Below are positions 28,826 to 37,734 of a stretch of DNA of 64,000 nucleotides, piece after piece. Positions within the stretch are counted from its first letter, which is position 1. The number at the start of each line of letters is the position of its first letter. The DNA is from Bacteroidota bacterium (lineage in GTDB: Bacteria > Bacteroidota > Ignavibacteria > UBA10030 > UBA8401): positions 743-64,742 of the forward strand of contig JAQCAB010000009.1 of NCBI GenBank assembly GCA_027622375.1. Direction: 5' to 3'. Both the position numbers and the translations under genes were made by a program. The notes beneath the pieces were generated by a model, which worked only from the letters and a program-made list of their open reading frames with translations, did not search any database and was not told the origin of the DNA.

Positions 28826-29742
28826 CACTTTCAAATAAAATAAAATCAATTGCGCTTGATATTGGTTTTTCAAAAGTTGGAATTACTTCAGCAAATATTG
28901 ATGAAAATGAAATCCAGAATTTAAATGAATGGTTTAATAAAAAATATGATGCATCTATGAGTTGGATGCACAAATCTTTTGAAAAAAGAATTGATCCCAA
29001 AAAAATATTACCAAATGTAAAATCAATTATTTGTGTTGCATTAAATTATTATACAAATTTTGAGCATTCAACTGATCTTAAAGCCGGAAAAATTTCCCGC
29101 TATGCATGGGGAACAGATTATCACTTGGTAATGGAAAAAATGTTAAAAAAATTCAAAATCGAAATTGAGAAACTTGCACCAGAATCTAAAAATAAAATTT
29201 ATGTTGATACAGGACCGGTGATGGAAAAATATTTTTCTCAAAAATCTGGAATTGGTTGGCGAGGTAAACATACAAATGTAATTTCAAAAGATTTTGGTTC
29301 ATGGATATTTTTGGGAGAAATATTAACAACTCTCGATTTAGATTACAACGCTCCAATGGAAGATTTTTGCGGAACTTGTACTGCTTGTTTAGATGCTTGC
29401 CCAACTAACGCAATTGTTGAACCATATTTAGTTGATTCAAATAAATGCATTTCGTATTTAACAATCGAGCATAAAGATGAATTCAAAAATATTAATTATG
29501 ATTTCAAAAATTGGGTTTACGGATGCGATATTTGTCAAGATGTATGTCCATGGAATTCAAATCAAAGGGAAAGTATAATTAATGATTTTATGCCCCGAAC
29601 AGATAATATTAATCCACAGTTAGAAAAAATAATTGAAATGGATTCTGAAACTTTTAAAAAACAATTTAATAAAAGTCCTATAAAGAGAACAAAAATTAGT
29701 GGATTAAAACGAAATGCTAAATATATTGTTTTATCAAATTGA
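28822..29742 (+). CDS. queG: tRNA epoxyqueuosine(34) reductase
   Basis: ISRYAWGTDYH motif. Two 4Fe-4S clusters (CGTCTACLDACP and CDICQDVCPWN) and CISYLTIEHK. Confidence 0.85.
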   Translation: MTLSNKIKSIALDIGFSKVGITSANIDENEIQNLNEWFNKKYDASMSWMHKSFEKRIDPKKILPNVKSIICVALNYYTNFEHSTDLKAGKISRYAWGTDYHLVMEKMLKKFKIEIEKLAPESKNKIYVDTGPVMEKYFSQKSGIGWRGKHTNVISKDFGSWIFLGEILTTLDLDYNAPMEDFCGTCTACLDACPTNAIVEPYLVDSNKCISYLTIEHKDEFKNINYDFKNWVYGCDICQDVCPWNSNQRESIINDFMPRTDNINPQLEKIIEMDSETFKKQFNKSPIKRTKISGLKRNAKYIVLSN

Positions 29743-29754
29743 AAAAATAAATTT

Positions 29755-30696
29755 ATGAATGCAAAACATGAAAAATTAATAATTATTGGTTCGGGCCCGG
29801 CAGGTTTTACAGCGGCAATTTATGCAAGTCGTGCAAATTTAAATCCATTAATTTTTGAAGGATATCAACCTGGAGGCCAACTTACAATTACAACTGATGT
29901 TGAAAATTATCCCGGTTTTGTTGATGGAATAATGGGACCAGAAATGATGGAAATTTTCAGAAAACAAGCTCATCGATTTGGCACACGCTCGATTTATAAA
30001 AATGTTTCAAAAGTTGATTTTACTTTAAAACCTTTTAAAATTTTTGTTGATTCAGATATTTACACTGCTGATTCAGTAATTGTATCAACTGGTGCTTCTG
30101 CAAAATTATTAAATATACCAAGCGAAACAAATTATATGGGCTTTGGTGTTTCTGCCTGTGCAACTTGTGATGGTTTCTTTTTCAAAAATCAAATTGTTTA
30201 TGTTGTCGGTGGTGGCGATACAGCAATGGAAGAAGCAAATTTTTTAACAAAGTTTGCTGCAAAAGTAATTTTAATTCACAGACGAGATGCTTTTAGAGCT
30301 TCAAAAATTATGCAAGATCGGATTTTCAAAAACCAAAAAGTTTCTGTAATCTGGAATTCTGAAGTTGTTGAAGTTTTAGGTGAAACTAAAAATGGTAAAA
30401 AAAGTATGACTGGTCTTAAAATAAAAAATACAATTTCAAATACTGTAACTGAAGTTTCTGGCGATGGATTATTTTTAGCATTAGGTCATCTACCTAATTC
30501 TGAAATTTTTAAAGGAATTCTTGAAATGGATCAAAAAGGATATTTAATTGTTAAACCAGGTTCAACTAAAACTAATATTGAAGGAGTTTTTGCTGCGGGC
30601 GATATTGCTGATTCATATTATCGTCAAGCAGTAACTGCTGCAGGTACAGGTTGTATGGCCGCGCTTGATGCTGAACGATGGCTAGAATCTAAATAA
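29755..30696 (+). CDS. trxB: Thioredoxin-disulfide reductase
   Basis: GSGPAG FAD motif, redox-active CATCDGFF and NADPH motif GGGDTAME. Confidence 0.9.
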   Translation: MNAKHEKLIIIGSGPAGFTAAIYASRANLNPLIFEGYQPGGQLTITTDVENYPGFVDGIMGPEMMEIFRKQAHRFGTRSIYKNVSKVDFTLKPFKIFVDSDIYTADSVIVSTGASAKLLNIPSETNYMGFGVSACATCDGFFFKNQIVYVVGGGDTAMEEANFLTKFAAKVILIHRRDAFRASKIMQDRIFKNQKVSVIWNSEVVEVLGETKNGKKSMTGLKIKNTISNTVTEVSGDGLFLALGHLPNSEIFKGILEMDQKGYLIVKPGSTKTNIEGVFAAGDIADSYYRQAVTAAGTGCMAALDAERWLESK

Positions 30697-30702
30697 AATA
30701 AC

Positions 30703-31260
30703 TTACAAGATTTTTTCTATTTCAGAAATTACTTCCTGATTTAATGGTTCAATTTTTGAACCAAATCGATTTGTAATCTTTCCGTTTTTATCAATTAAAA
30801 ATTTATTAAAATTCCAAGTTATAAATCCATTATAATTTGGGTTCGTTTCTTTACTTGTTAAAAAAGTATAAAGCGGATGTTGATCACTTCCCCGAACAGA
30901 AATTTTAGAAAACATCGGAAAAGTTACAGCGTAATTTGTAGTACAAAATTCTTTTATTTCTTCATCACTTCCCGTTTCTTGGAATAAAAAATCATTTGAT
31001 GGAAAGCCGAGAATCACAAAATTTTTATTTTTGTATTTGTCATAAAGTTTTTGAAGGCCCTCATATTGTGGTGTAAATCCACATTTACTTGCAACATTTA
31101 CAATTAAAATTGTTTTTCCCTTAAATGAATTTAGTTTAAATGTTTTACCATCAATATCTTTTACAGTAATATCTAAAATATTATGATTCATTTTACTTGC
31201 TTGTCCATTAAGATTGACAAATGAAATTAATAAAAATAAAATTAAATACTTGATTCTCAT
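30703..31260 (-). CDS. Glutathione peroxidase (Cys-type), secreted
   Basis: NVASKCGFTPQYEGLQKLY active-site block and FPSNDFLFQE motif. Signal peptide. Confidence 0.85.
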   Translation of the reverse strand: MRIKYLILFLLISFVNLNGQASKMNHNILDITVKDIDGKTFKLNSFKGKTILIVNVASKCGFTPQYEGLQKLYDKYKNKNFVILGFPSNDFLFQETGSDEEIKEFCTTNYAVTFPMFSKISVRGSDQHPLYTFLTSKETNPNYNGFITWNFNKFLIDKNGKITNRFGSKIEPLNQEVISEIEKIL

Positions 31261-31327
31261 TTTCTATTATCCGAATATTACGGAAAAATTACTACTTTTT
31301 CAAATCACAAAAATTTAGGAAAATAAA

Positions 31328-32365
31328 ATGAAACGAAGAATTTTTATTCAAAAAACAGCATTTGCTTCAATTTTGCCATTAATTCCAAAGAATACTTTTT
31401 CAAATCCAGCTTCATCTTTTAAACCAATTTCAATCGCAAGTGGAAATGGTTTGCAAGCAACTGCAAAAGCTATGGAAATTATTTTAAAAGGGGGAGATGC
31501 TCTCGATGCAGTTGTAGCAGGAGTTAATATTGTTGAAAATGATCCGAATGATAATTCGGTCGGATATGGCGGATTACCAAATTACGAAGGTGTAGTTGAA
31601 CTTGATTCAAGTGTAATGCATGGCGCAACACATCGAGCCGGTGCAGTTGCTGCATTGCAAAATATAAAAAATCCAGCGAGCGTTGCTAAAATGGTTTTGG
31701 AAAGAACTGACCATGTTTTAATTGTTGGAGAAGGTGCATTAAAATTTGCACGCATGCATGGATTTAAAGAAGAAAATTTATTGACCGAAGAATCTCGCAA
31801 AGAATGGGTAAAATGGCGCGAGATGATGAGTAAAGAAGATGATTACTTGCCTCCACACTCGATTGATGAATTGGATTTGGGCGCTAACACAAAAGAAGCA
31901 CTTAAAACTTACGGAACAATAAATTGTTTGGGTTTGGATTTAGCTGGAAATATTTCTGGAGTTACAACAACAAGTGGTTTGTCATATAAAATTCCTGGCC
32001 GTGTTGGTGACTCTCCAATAATCGGTGCAGGATTATATGTTGATAATGAAGTTGGAGCTGCAGGTTCAACTGGTCGTGGCGAAGCAAATCTTTTAGATTG
32101 CAGTAGTTTTATGATTGTCGAATTTATGCGACAAGGTCTTTCTCCAACTGATGCATGTTTGGAAGCTTGTAAAAGAATTGCTACTCACACAAAAGAAAAA
32201 CGACTTTTAACAAAAGATGGAAAGCCAAATTTTAATGTTTCATTTTATGCAATTAACAAAAAAGGTGGATATGGTTCAGCAGCAATTTACGAAGGTATAA
32301 AATATGCTGTAAATGATGGCAAAGAAAGCCGTTTGGAAACTGCAGTTGGCTATTTTAAAAGATAA
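31328..32365 (+). CDS. N4-(beta-N-acetylglucosaminyl)-L-asparaginase/isoaspartyl peptidase family Ntn-hydrolase with Tat-like signal
   Basis: Autoproteolysis-site block GTINCLGLDLAGNISGVTTTSGL. N-terminal RRIFIQKTAFASIL resembles a twin-arginine signal. Confidence 0.75.
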   Translation: MKRRIFIQKTAFASILPLIPKNTFSNPASSFKPISIASGNGLQATAKAMEIILKGGDALDAVVAGVNIVENDPNDNSVGYGGLPNYEGVVELDSSVMHGATHRAGAVAALQNIKNPASVAKMVLERTDHVLIVGEGALKFARMHGFKEENLLTEESRKEWVKWREMMSKEDDYLPPHSIDELDLGANTKEALKTYGTINCLGLDLAGNISGVTTTSGLSYKIPGRVGDSPIIGAGLYVDNEVGAAGSTGRGEANLLDCSSFMIVEFMRQGLSPTDACLEACKRIATHTKEKRLLTKDGKPNFNVSFYAINKKGGYGSAAIYEGIKYAVNDGKESRLETAVGYFKR

Positions 32366-32386
32366 TTAATCATTAAATTTAAATTA

Positions 32387-32857
32387 ATGAATGACAGAGA
32401 AAAATATATTCTTGAAATAAAAAATCTTCCAAAAAATTTAAGAGAAGTTGTAAATGGATTATCTGTTGAACAACTTGATACTCCGTATGGAGAAGGAAAG
32501 TGGACTCCGCGACAAGTTGTACATCATTTGGCAGATTCACATATGCATTCTTACATAAGAATGAAGTTTGTTTTGTCTGAAAATCATCCAACTATTAAGC
32601 CATACAACCAAGAAGTTTGGGCAAAATTTGTTGATGCAAATAATTCATCAGTTGAAGTCTCACTCTCGATACTTGATGGCTTGCATGAGAGATGGAGTAA
32701 TTTACTTTCAACTTTAAAAGATGATGATTGGGCGAAAACTGCATTTCATCCTGAAAGTGGTGAAATTACACTTGATTGGATGTTAAAATATTATCAAAAT
32801 CACGGGAATAATCATATTGGTCAAATTAAAAAACTAAGAGATTCAAAAGGTTGGTAA
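32387..32857 (+). CDS. DinB/YfiT-family putative metal-dependent hydrolase
   Basis: Three-His metal motif pattern (HHLADSHMHSY...HGNNHIGQI) typical of the DinB_2/YfiT fold. Confidence 0.65.
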   Translation: MNDREKYILEIKNLPKNLREVVNGLSVEQLDTPYGEGKWTPRQVVHHLADSHMHSYIRMKFVLSENHPTIKPYNQEVWAKFVDANNSSVEVSLSILDGLHERWSNLLSTLKDDDWAKTAFHPESGEITLDWMLKYYQNHGNNHIGQIKKLRDSKGW

Positions 32858-33930
32858 ATAAAATTCAAAAATATTTTTTAGTTCTATTTTTATTTATTGG
32901 AAATTTAAACTCACAAGTTTTTGTTGGCAAATATGCTGGTGAGTTTATGTCAATTGGGATTGGTGGCCGCGCGCTCGGAATGGGAAGCGCTTATGTTGCA
33001 GTTGCAAATGATATTACTGCAACTTATTGGAATCCCGCCGCTCTTGGATTATTGAATTATCCCGAAATAAGTTTAATGCACGATGAAAAATTTGCCGGAC
33101 TTGTTAATTATGATTACGGAGCGTATGTAACTCCATCAAAAAATAATTTAGAGTTTTCAAATTATTTGAAAGATAGCACAGAGTTAAATTTGGAAAATAA
33201 TTCTGCAACTTATGGTTTTTCTTTAATTCGTTTAGGGATTGATGGAATTCCCGATACAAGATTAGCTTGGGATGATAAAAATAAAGATGGACTTTTTAAT
33301 GATGGTGGTGATGTTCGCCCAGATTATACAAAAATAACTTTTTTTAATGCTGCAGATTATGCTTTCTATTTTTCCTATGCCGAAAAATATTCTGAAAATA
33401 TTTTTATTGGCGGTAACTTAAAATTAATTCGCAGAAATATCGGCGAGTTTAATGCAAATGGAATTGGAATTGATTTTGGAATCATTTACATGCAATCCGA
33501 TAATTTAAAATTTGGACTTGTAATTCAAGATTTGACTTCAACTTATGTTGCATGGAGCACAGGAAGAAACGAACTTATTTTGCCAACTGTAAAAAGCGGA
33601 ATTGCATATCAAACAAATTTTTATGATGGAGTATTAACTTTTGCAACTGATAGTGATGTAAAATTTGAAAATCGTAAATACTCATCATTAGCACATGCTG
33701 GACTTTTGAGTGCTGATTTACATGCAGGCATTGAATACGATTACAAAAATTTATTTGCAGTTCGCGCGGGATATAATGAGTTTAAAAATATAACACTTGG
33801 TGCTGGTGTTCATTTACCAAAACTTGACATTGACTATTCTTTTGCCAAATTTGATGCAACTGATCAACTTGGCAATTCACACAGGATATCTATCCGATTA
33901 AAACTAGAAGAAGAAAGTTATAAAAGATAA
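32851..33930 (+). CDS. PorV/PorQ-family (FadL-like) outer-membrane beta-barrel protein, T9SS-associated
   Basis: Signal peptide. The GGRALGMGSAYVAVANDITATYWNPAA motif is characteristic of the PorV/PorQ/UPF0164 family. Aromatic-rich, ends in F-x-R pattern. Confidence 0.45.
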   Translation: MVNKIQKYFLVLFLFIGNLNSQVFVGKYAGEFMSIGIGGRALGMGSAYVAVANDITATYWNPAALGLLNYPEISLMHDEKFAGLVNYDYGAYVTPSKNNLEFSNYLKDSTELNLENNSATYGFSLIRLGIDGIPDTRLAWDDKNKDGLFNDGGDVRPDYTKITFFNAADYAFYFSYAEKYSENIFIGGNLKLIRRNIGEFNANGIGIDFGIIYMQSDNLKFGLVIQDLTSTYVAWSTGRNELILPTVKSGIAYQTNFYDGVLTFATDSDVKFENRKYSSLAHAGLLSADLHAGIEYDYKNLFAVRAGYNEFKNITLGAGVHLPKLDIDYSFAKFDATDQLGNSHRISIRLKLEEESYKR

Positions 33931-34027
33931 TAAACTCTATTTTTTTTATAATTATAAAACTAAAAACTAATTTTGAAATGATCACCGAAAATATTATTTT
34001 AATGAAGTAAATTAAAAAGGAGCAAAA

Positions 34028-34624
34028 ATGAAAAAAATAATTATGTCTGTTTTGTTTTTATTTGTAAATCTACAAAGTCAAGATATAAAATCACTTTCAA
34101 TATCAACTGAGTTGCCATTGGGTGATGTAAAAATGGTTAGTGTTGATGGAAAAGAATTATCAATGAATGCATTGAAAAAAGAAAATGGATTGCTTGTTAT
34201 GTTTAGTTGTAATACTTGTCCATGGGTAATTAAAAATCAAACTCGAATAATTGAAATATCAGGTTATGCTGCAAAAAATAATTTGGGTGTTGTAATTATT
34301 AACTCTAATGAATCACAGCGTGATGATGTTGATAGTTTTGATGAAATGAAGAAATATTCAAAATCACAAAAGTACAAATGGCCTTATGTTATAGATAAAG
34401 ATAGCAAAGTTGCAAATGCATTTGGCGCAACAAAAACTCCTGAAATATTTTTATTTAATTCTGATGGAATTTTAGTTTACAAAGGTGCAATTGACGATAA
34501 TCCCGGTGATGTAGAAAATGTAAAACGTGAACATTTAAAAGAAGCAATCAAAGAAACTGTAAAAGGGAAAGGAGTTTCTGTAAAAGAAAGTCGCTCGATG
34601 GGTTGCTCGATTAAACGGAGTTAA
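34028..34624 (+). CDS. Thioredoxin-fold redoxin (AhpC/TSA/TlpA-like), secreted
   Basis: Signal peptide and a CNTC (CxxC) motif in the LLVMFSCNTCPW context. Confidence 0.65.
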   Translation: MKKIIMSVLFLFVNLQSQDIKSLSISTELPLGDVKMVSVDGKELSMNALKKENGLLVMFSCNTCPWVIKNQTRIIEISGYAAKNNLGVVIINSNESQRDDVDSFDEMKKYSKSQKYKWPYVIDKDSKVANAFGATKTPEIFLFNSDGILVYKGAIDDNPGDVENVKREHLKEAIKETVKGKGVSVKESRSMGCSIKRS

Positions 34625-35100
34625 TCGTCTGTCAAATCTCTAAAAGCTATTTTTAGATTCTCTGGAGATATTTTTGAATTGTAAAATTTTCTGTAATTTT
34701 TTTTATTATTAATCATTATAGTTACAGGGATAGCACCATTCCAGCTTGAATCAATTAATGGGCAAAAATAATCTGCATCTGTTTCATCAAGCCAAATTAT
34801 TTTAGATTTATATTTTTCCTTTTTAACAAAATTTTGAATGTGTTTAGGATAATCTTCCGGAAAATCTAGATTTACTAATATAAGTTTTAAATTTTTTGAT
34901 TTATTATTTTCAGCTTCTTTTTCGAAATAGGGAATTTCTTCAATACAGGGTTTACACCAACTTGCCCAAAAATTTAATACTGTTGGATTTGTTGAAGTAT
35001 CAATAATTTGCAATAGATCTTTAATTTTAACTTTTGCTATTTTTTGTGCTTCTAAATTATTTGAAATTATTAAAAATAGAAAAGCTAAAATCTTTAGCAT
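34621..35100 (-). CDS. TlpA/ResA-like thiol-disulfide oxidoreductase
   Basis: Signal peptide and the NFWASWCKPC thioredoxin motif. Confidence 0.8.
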   Translation of the reverse strand: MLKILAFLFLIISNNLEAQKIAKVKIKDLLQIIDTSTNPTVLNFWASWCKPCIEEIPYFEKEAENNKSKNLKLILVNLDFPEDYPKHIQNFVKKEKYKSKIIWLDETDADYFCPLIDSSWNGAIPVTIMINNKKNYRKFYNSKISPENLKIAFRDLTDD

Positions 35101-35106
35101 TAAAAT

Positions 35107-36471
35107 TTAAAAACCAATTACATCGTTGTATAAAATCAAAATCATTAAACCAATTAAAATTGTAACCCCAACTTGTTGGATTGCCATTTGAATTTTTACT
35201 GGAATTGGTTTACGAACGATTGCTTCGTATAAAAGTAAAACAAAATGTCCACCATCTGCAGCGGGAATTGGAAGTATATTTAAAACTGCCAAACTAATGC
35301 TTAATAGAGCCAAAAATCCAAGAAAGCTAATTAATCCAATTTCTGCAGATCGGGTTGCAAATTGGGCAATTCTAACTGGCCCGCCAATTGATTTTGAAAC
35401 AGGAACTGTACCTTTAAAAATTTCTACAATAGATTTGCCAAATAATATTGTTGCATTTGAAACATCCGAAACACTTTTTGGAATTGCTTCAAAAACACCA
35501 AAATCTTTTTTAGTAATTGGGCCTGTGTAATGCGATTCAAGTTGAATACCGACTAAACTATCAGCTCCGGGAGTTACTAAAAAAGTTTGTAAATTATTTT
35601 TGCGTTTAACTTCAAATTTAATTTCTATAAGGGGATTTTGTTTTATTATTTTTGTTGCTTCAAATTGATTTTTAACTGGAGTTGAATTAATTAATAAAAT
35701 TATATCTCCATTTTTTAAACCACTTTTTGAAGCAGGCTTATTTGGAATCACCATATTTGCAACTACTTCAGTTTCAAGCGGGAGAATTCCGATTGGTGCT
35801 TCAGAAATGTCGGGAATATTTTTTCGTAAAACATTTAAAATTTCAATTTTTCCATTTCTTTCAACTGAAACTGATAAATCTTTTCCCATAAAATCAGAAT
35901 AAATTGAACTGAATATACTTTCAAAATCTGAAATTGATTTATCGTTAATTGAAATAATTTTATCGCCAATTTGTAATCCAATTTTATCACCAATACTTTC
36001 TGGGAGAACAAATCCAATAGTAGTTGTTGCGCGATGTTGTTCACCTTGATAAATATTAATACACCAAAAAATTACAATAGCGAGTAAAATATTTGCAACA
36101 ACACCTCCGCAAACAAAAATCATTCTTTGCCAAACTGGTTTTGCGCGATATTCAAAATCTTTTGCAGGTGTATCAACATGGGTTTTGTCAAAACTCTCAT
36201 CAATTATTCCCGAAACTTTTACATATCCACCAATCGGCAAAAGAGAAATTCTGTAATCGGTATTGTCTCCCAAACCAATTGATTCATCTTGTTTACCAAA
36301 AGTAAATTTTGAGATTTTATTATATCCAAATAACCTGGTTCCCATACCAATTGCAAAAACTTCAACTCGCATTCCAAAATATTTTGCAGTAATAAAGTGA
36401 CCAAACTCGTGAACAAAGACGAGCACACTAATTGTTACGATGAAATAAAAAATTGTAGAAAGTATTTCCAT
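35107..36471 (-). CDS. rseP: RIP metalloprotease (site-2 protease)
   Basis: HEFGHF zinc motif in the first TM helix, two PDZ-like segments and the C-terminal LNILPIPAADGG motif. Confidence 0.9.
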   Translation of the reverse strand: MEILSTIFYFIVTISVLVFVHEFGHFITAKYFGMRVEVFAIGMGTRLFGYNKISKFTFGKQDESIGLGDNTDYRISLLPIGGYVKVSGIIDESFDKTHVDTPAKDFEYRAKPVWQRMIFVCGGVVANILLAIVIFWCINIYQGEQHRATTTIGFVLPESIGDKIGLQIGDKIISINDKSISDFESIFSSIYSDFMGKDLSVSVERNGKIEILNVLRKNIPDISEAPIGILPLETEVVANMVIPNKPASKSGLKNGDIILLINSTPVKNQFEATKIIKQNPLIEIKFEVKRKNNLQTFLVTPGADSLVGIQLESHYTGPITKKDFGVFEAIPKSVSDVSNATILFGKSIVEIFKGTVPVSKSIGGPVRIAQFATRSAEIGLISFLGFLALLSISLAVLNILPIPAADGGHFVLLLYEAIVRKPIPVKIQMAIQQVGVTILIGLMILILYNDVIGF

Positions 36472-36483
36472 AAAAAAATTATA

Positions 36484-37635
36484 TTAATTATTTGTTGCTG
36501 ATTCACGACCCCAACTATCTGCTTCAAAAACCTCAGAAAGTGTTGGATTAGCAATTGTTTTGTGCTTCAACATTACATGAGAAACAATATCCGAAATTTT
36601 TGTGAAAGGGACTAATCCTTTTAGAAATTTATCAACAGCAACTTCATTTGCAGCGTTCATTACAGTTGGCATTGATCCGCCAGATTCAAGAGCAGTATAT
36701 GCAAGCTCCAGAAGTGGATATTTTAAATAATCAACTTCAGAAAAATTTAATTCTTTTAATTCCGAAAAATTAATTTGAGAATTTTGTAAATTTAATCTTT
36801 CGGGATAAGAAAGCGCATATTGAATTGGTGTTCTCATATCAGGCACACCCAACTGCGCTTTTACAGAGCCATCAATAAACTCGACCATTGAATGAATTAT
36901 TGATTGCGGATGAATTAAAACTTTTATTTTTTCTTTAGGCAGATTGAAAAGCCAATGAGCTTCAATAACTTCGAGACCTTTATTCATCATCGTTGCTGAA
37001 TCGATTGTAACTTTTTTTCCCATTTTCCAATTTGGGTGATTGAGCGCATCCTCAATTGAAACATTTTTAAATTCATTTGCATTTAAATTTCTAAATGGCC
37101 CACCAGATGCGGTTAAAATTATTTTTGTAATTGAATTTTCATTTTCTCCTTGGAGGCACTGAAAAATTGCAGAGTGCTCACTATCAATCGGGATAATTTT
37201 TGAATTTTTTTCTTTTGCGATTTTAGAAATTAAATGACCAGCGGCAACAAGAGTTTCTTTATTTGCAAGCGCAACTGTTTTTCCAAAATTAAGTGCAGTG
37301 ATTACACTTTCGAGCCCGGCAAAACCAACAATTGCGGCAACAACTAAATCAACTTCATTCATAGATGAAATATCTTTTAACCCATCTTTGCCAACAATTA
37401 TTTTAGTTTTTCCCGAATAATTATTTTTGAAATTATTTCCAGCTTCGATATTTGTTATCACAATATATTGAGGAGAAAATTTATTAATTATCAAATTTAA
37501 CTTCTCAATATTATTATTTACCGATAATGCAAATAAATTAAATTTATCAGTGTTGCTAGAAATTATTTCTAAAGTATTTTGACCAATAGAACCAGATGCG
37601 CCAAGAAGCGCAATATTTATTTTAGCAGATGCCAT
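36484..37635 (-). CDS. dxr: 1-deoxy-D-xylulose 5-phosphate reductoisomerase
   Basis: N-terminal LLGASGSIGQNTLEII NADPH motif and Dxr-specific central/C-terminal blocks. dxr-rseP synteny. Confidence 0.95.
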   Translation of the reverse strand: MASAKINIALLGASGSIGQNTLEIISSNTDKFNLFALSVNNNIEKLNLIINKFSPQYIVITNIEAGNNFKNNYSGKTKIIVGKDGLKDISSMNEVDLVVAAIVGFAGLESVITALNFGKTVALANKETLVAAGHLISKIAKEKNSKIIPIDSEHSAIFQCLQGENENSITKIILTASGGPFRNLNANEFKNVSIEDALNHPNWKMGKKVTIDSATMMNKGLEVIEAHWLFNLPKEKIKVLIHPQSIIHSMVEFIDGSVKAQLGVPDMRTPIQYALSYPERLNLQNSQINFSELKELNFSEVDYLKYPLLELAYTALESGGSMPTVMNAANEVAVDKFLKGLVPFTKISDIVSHVMLKHKTIANPTLSEVFEADSWGRESATNN

Positions 37636-37734
37636 TTAAATTGTAATTTCCAAAATTAACTAAAGAACTATTTGTTTCCAATATCAGATTTAATTAAGGA
37701 ATTTGTGCAATAGAATTTTTAAATTGTAACAAAT

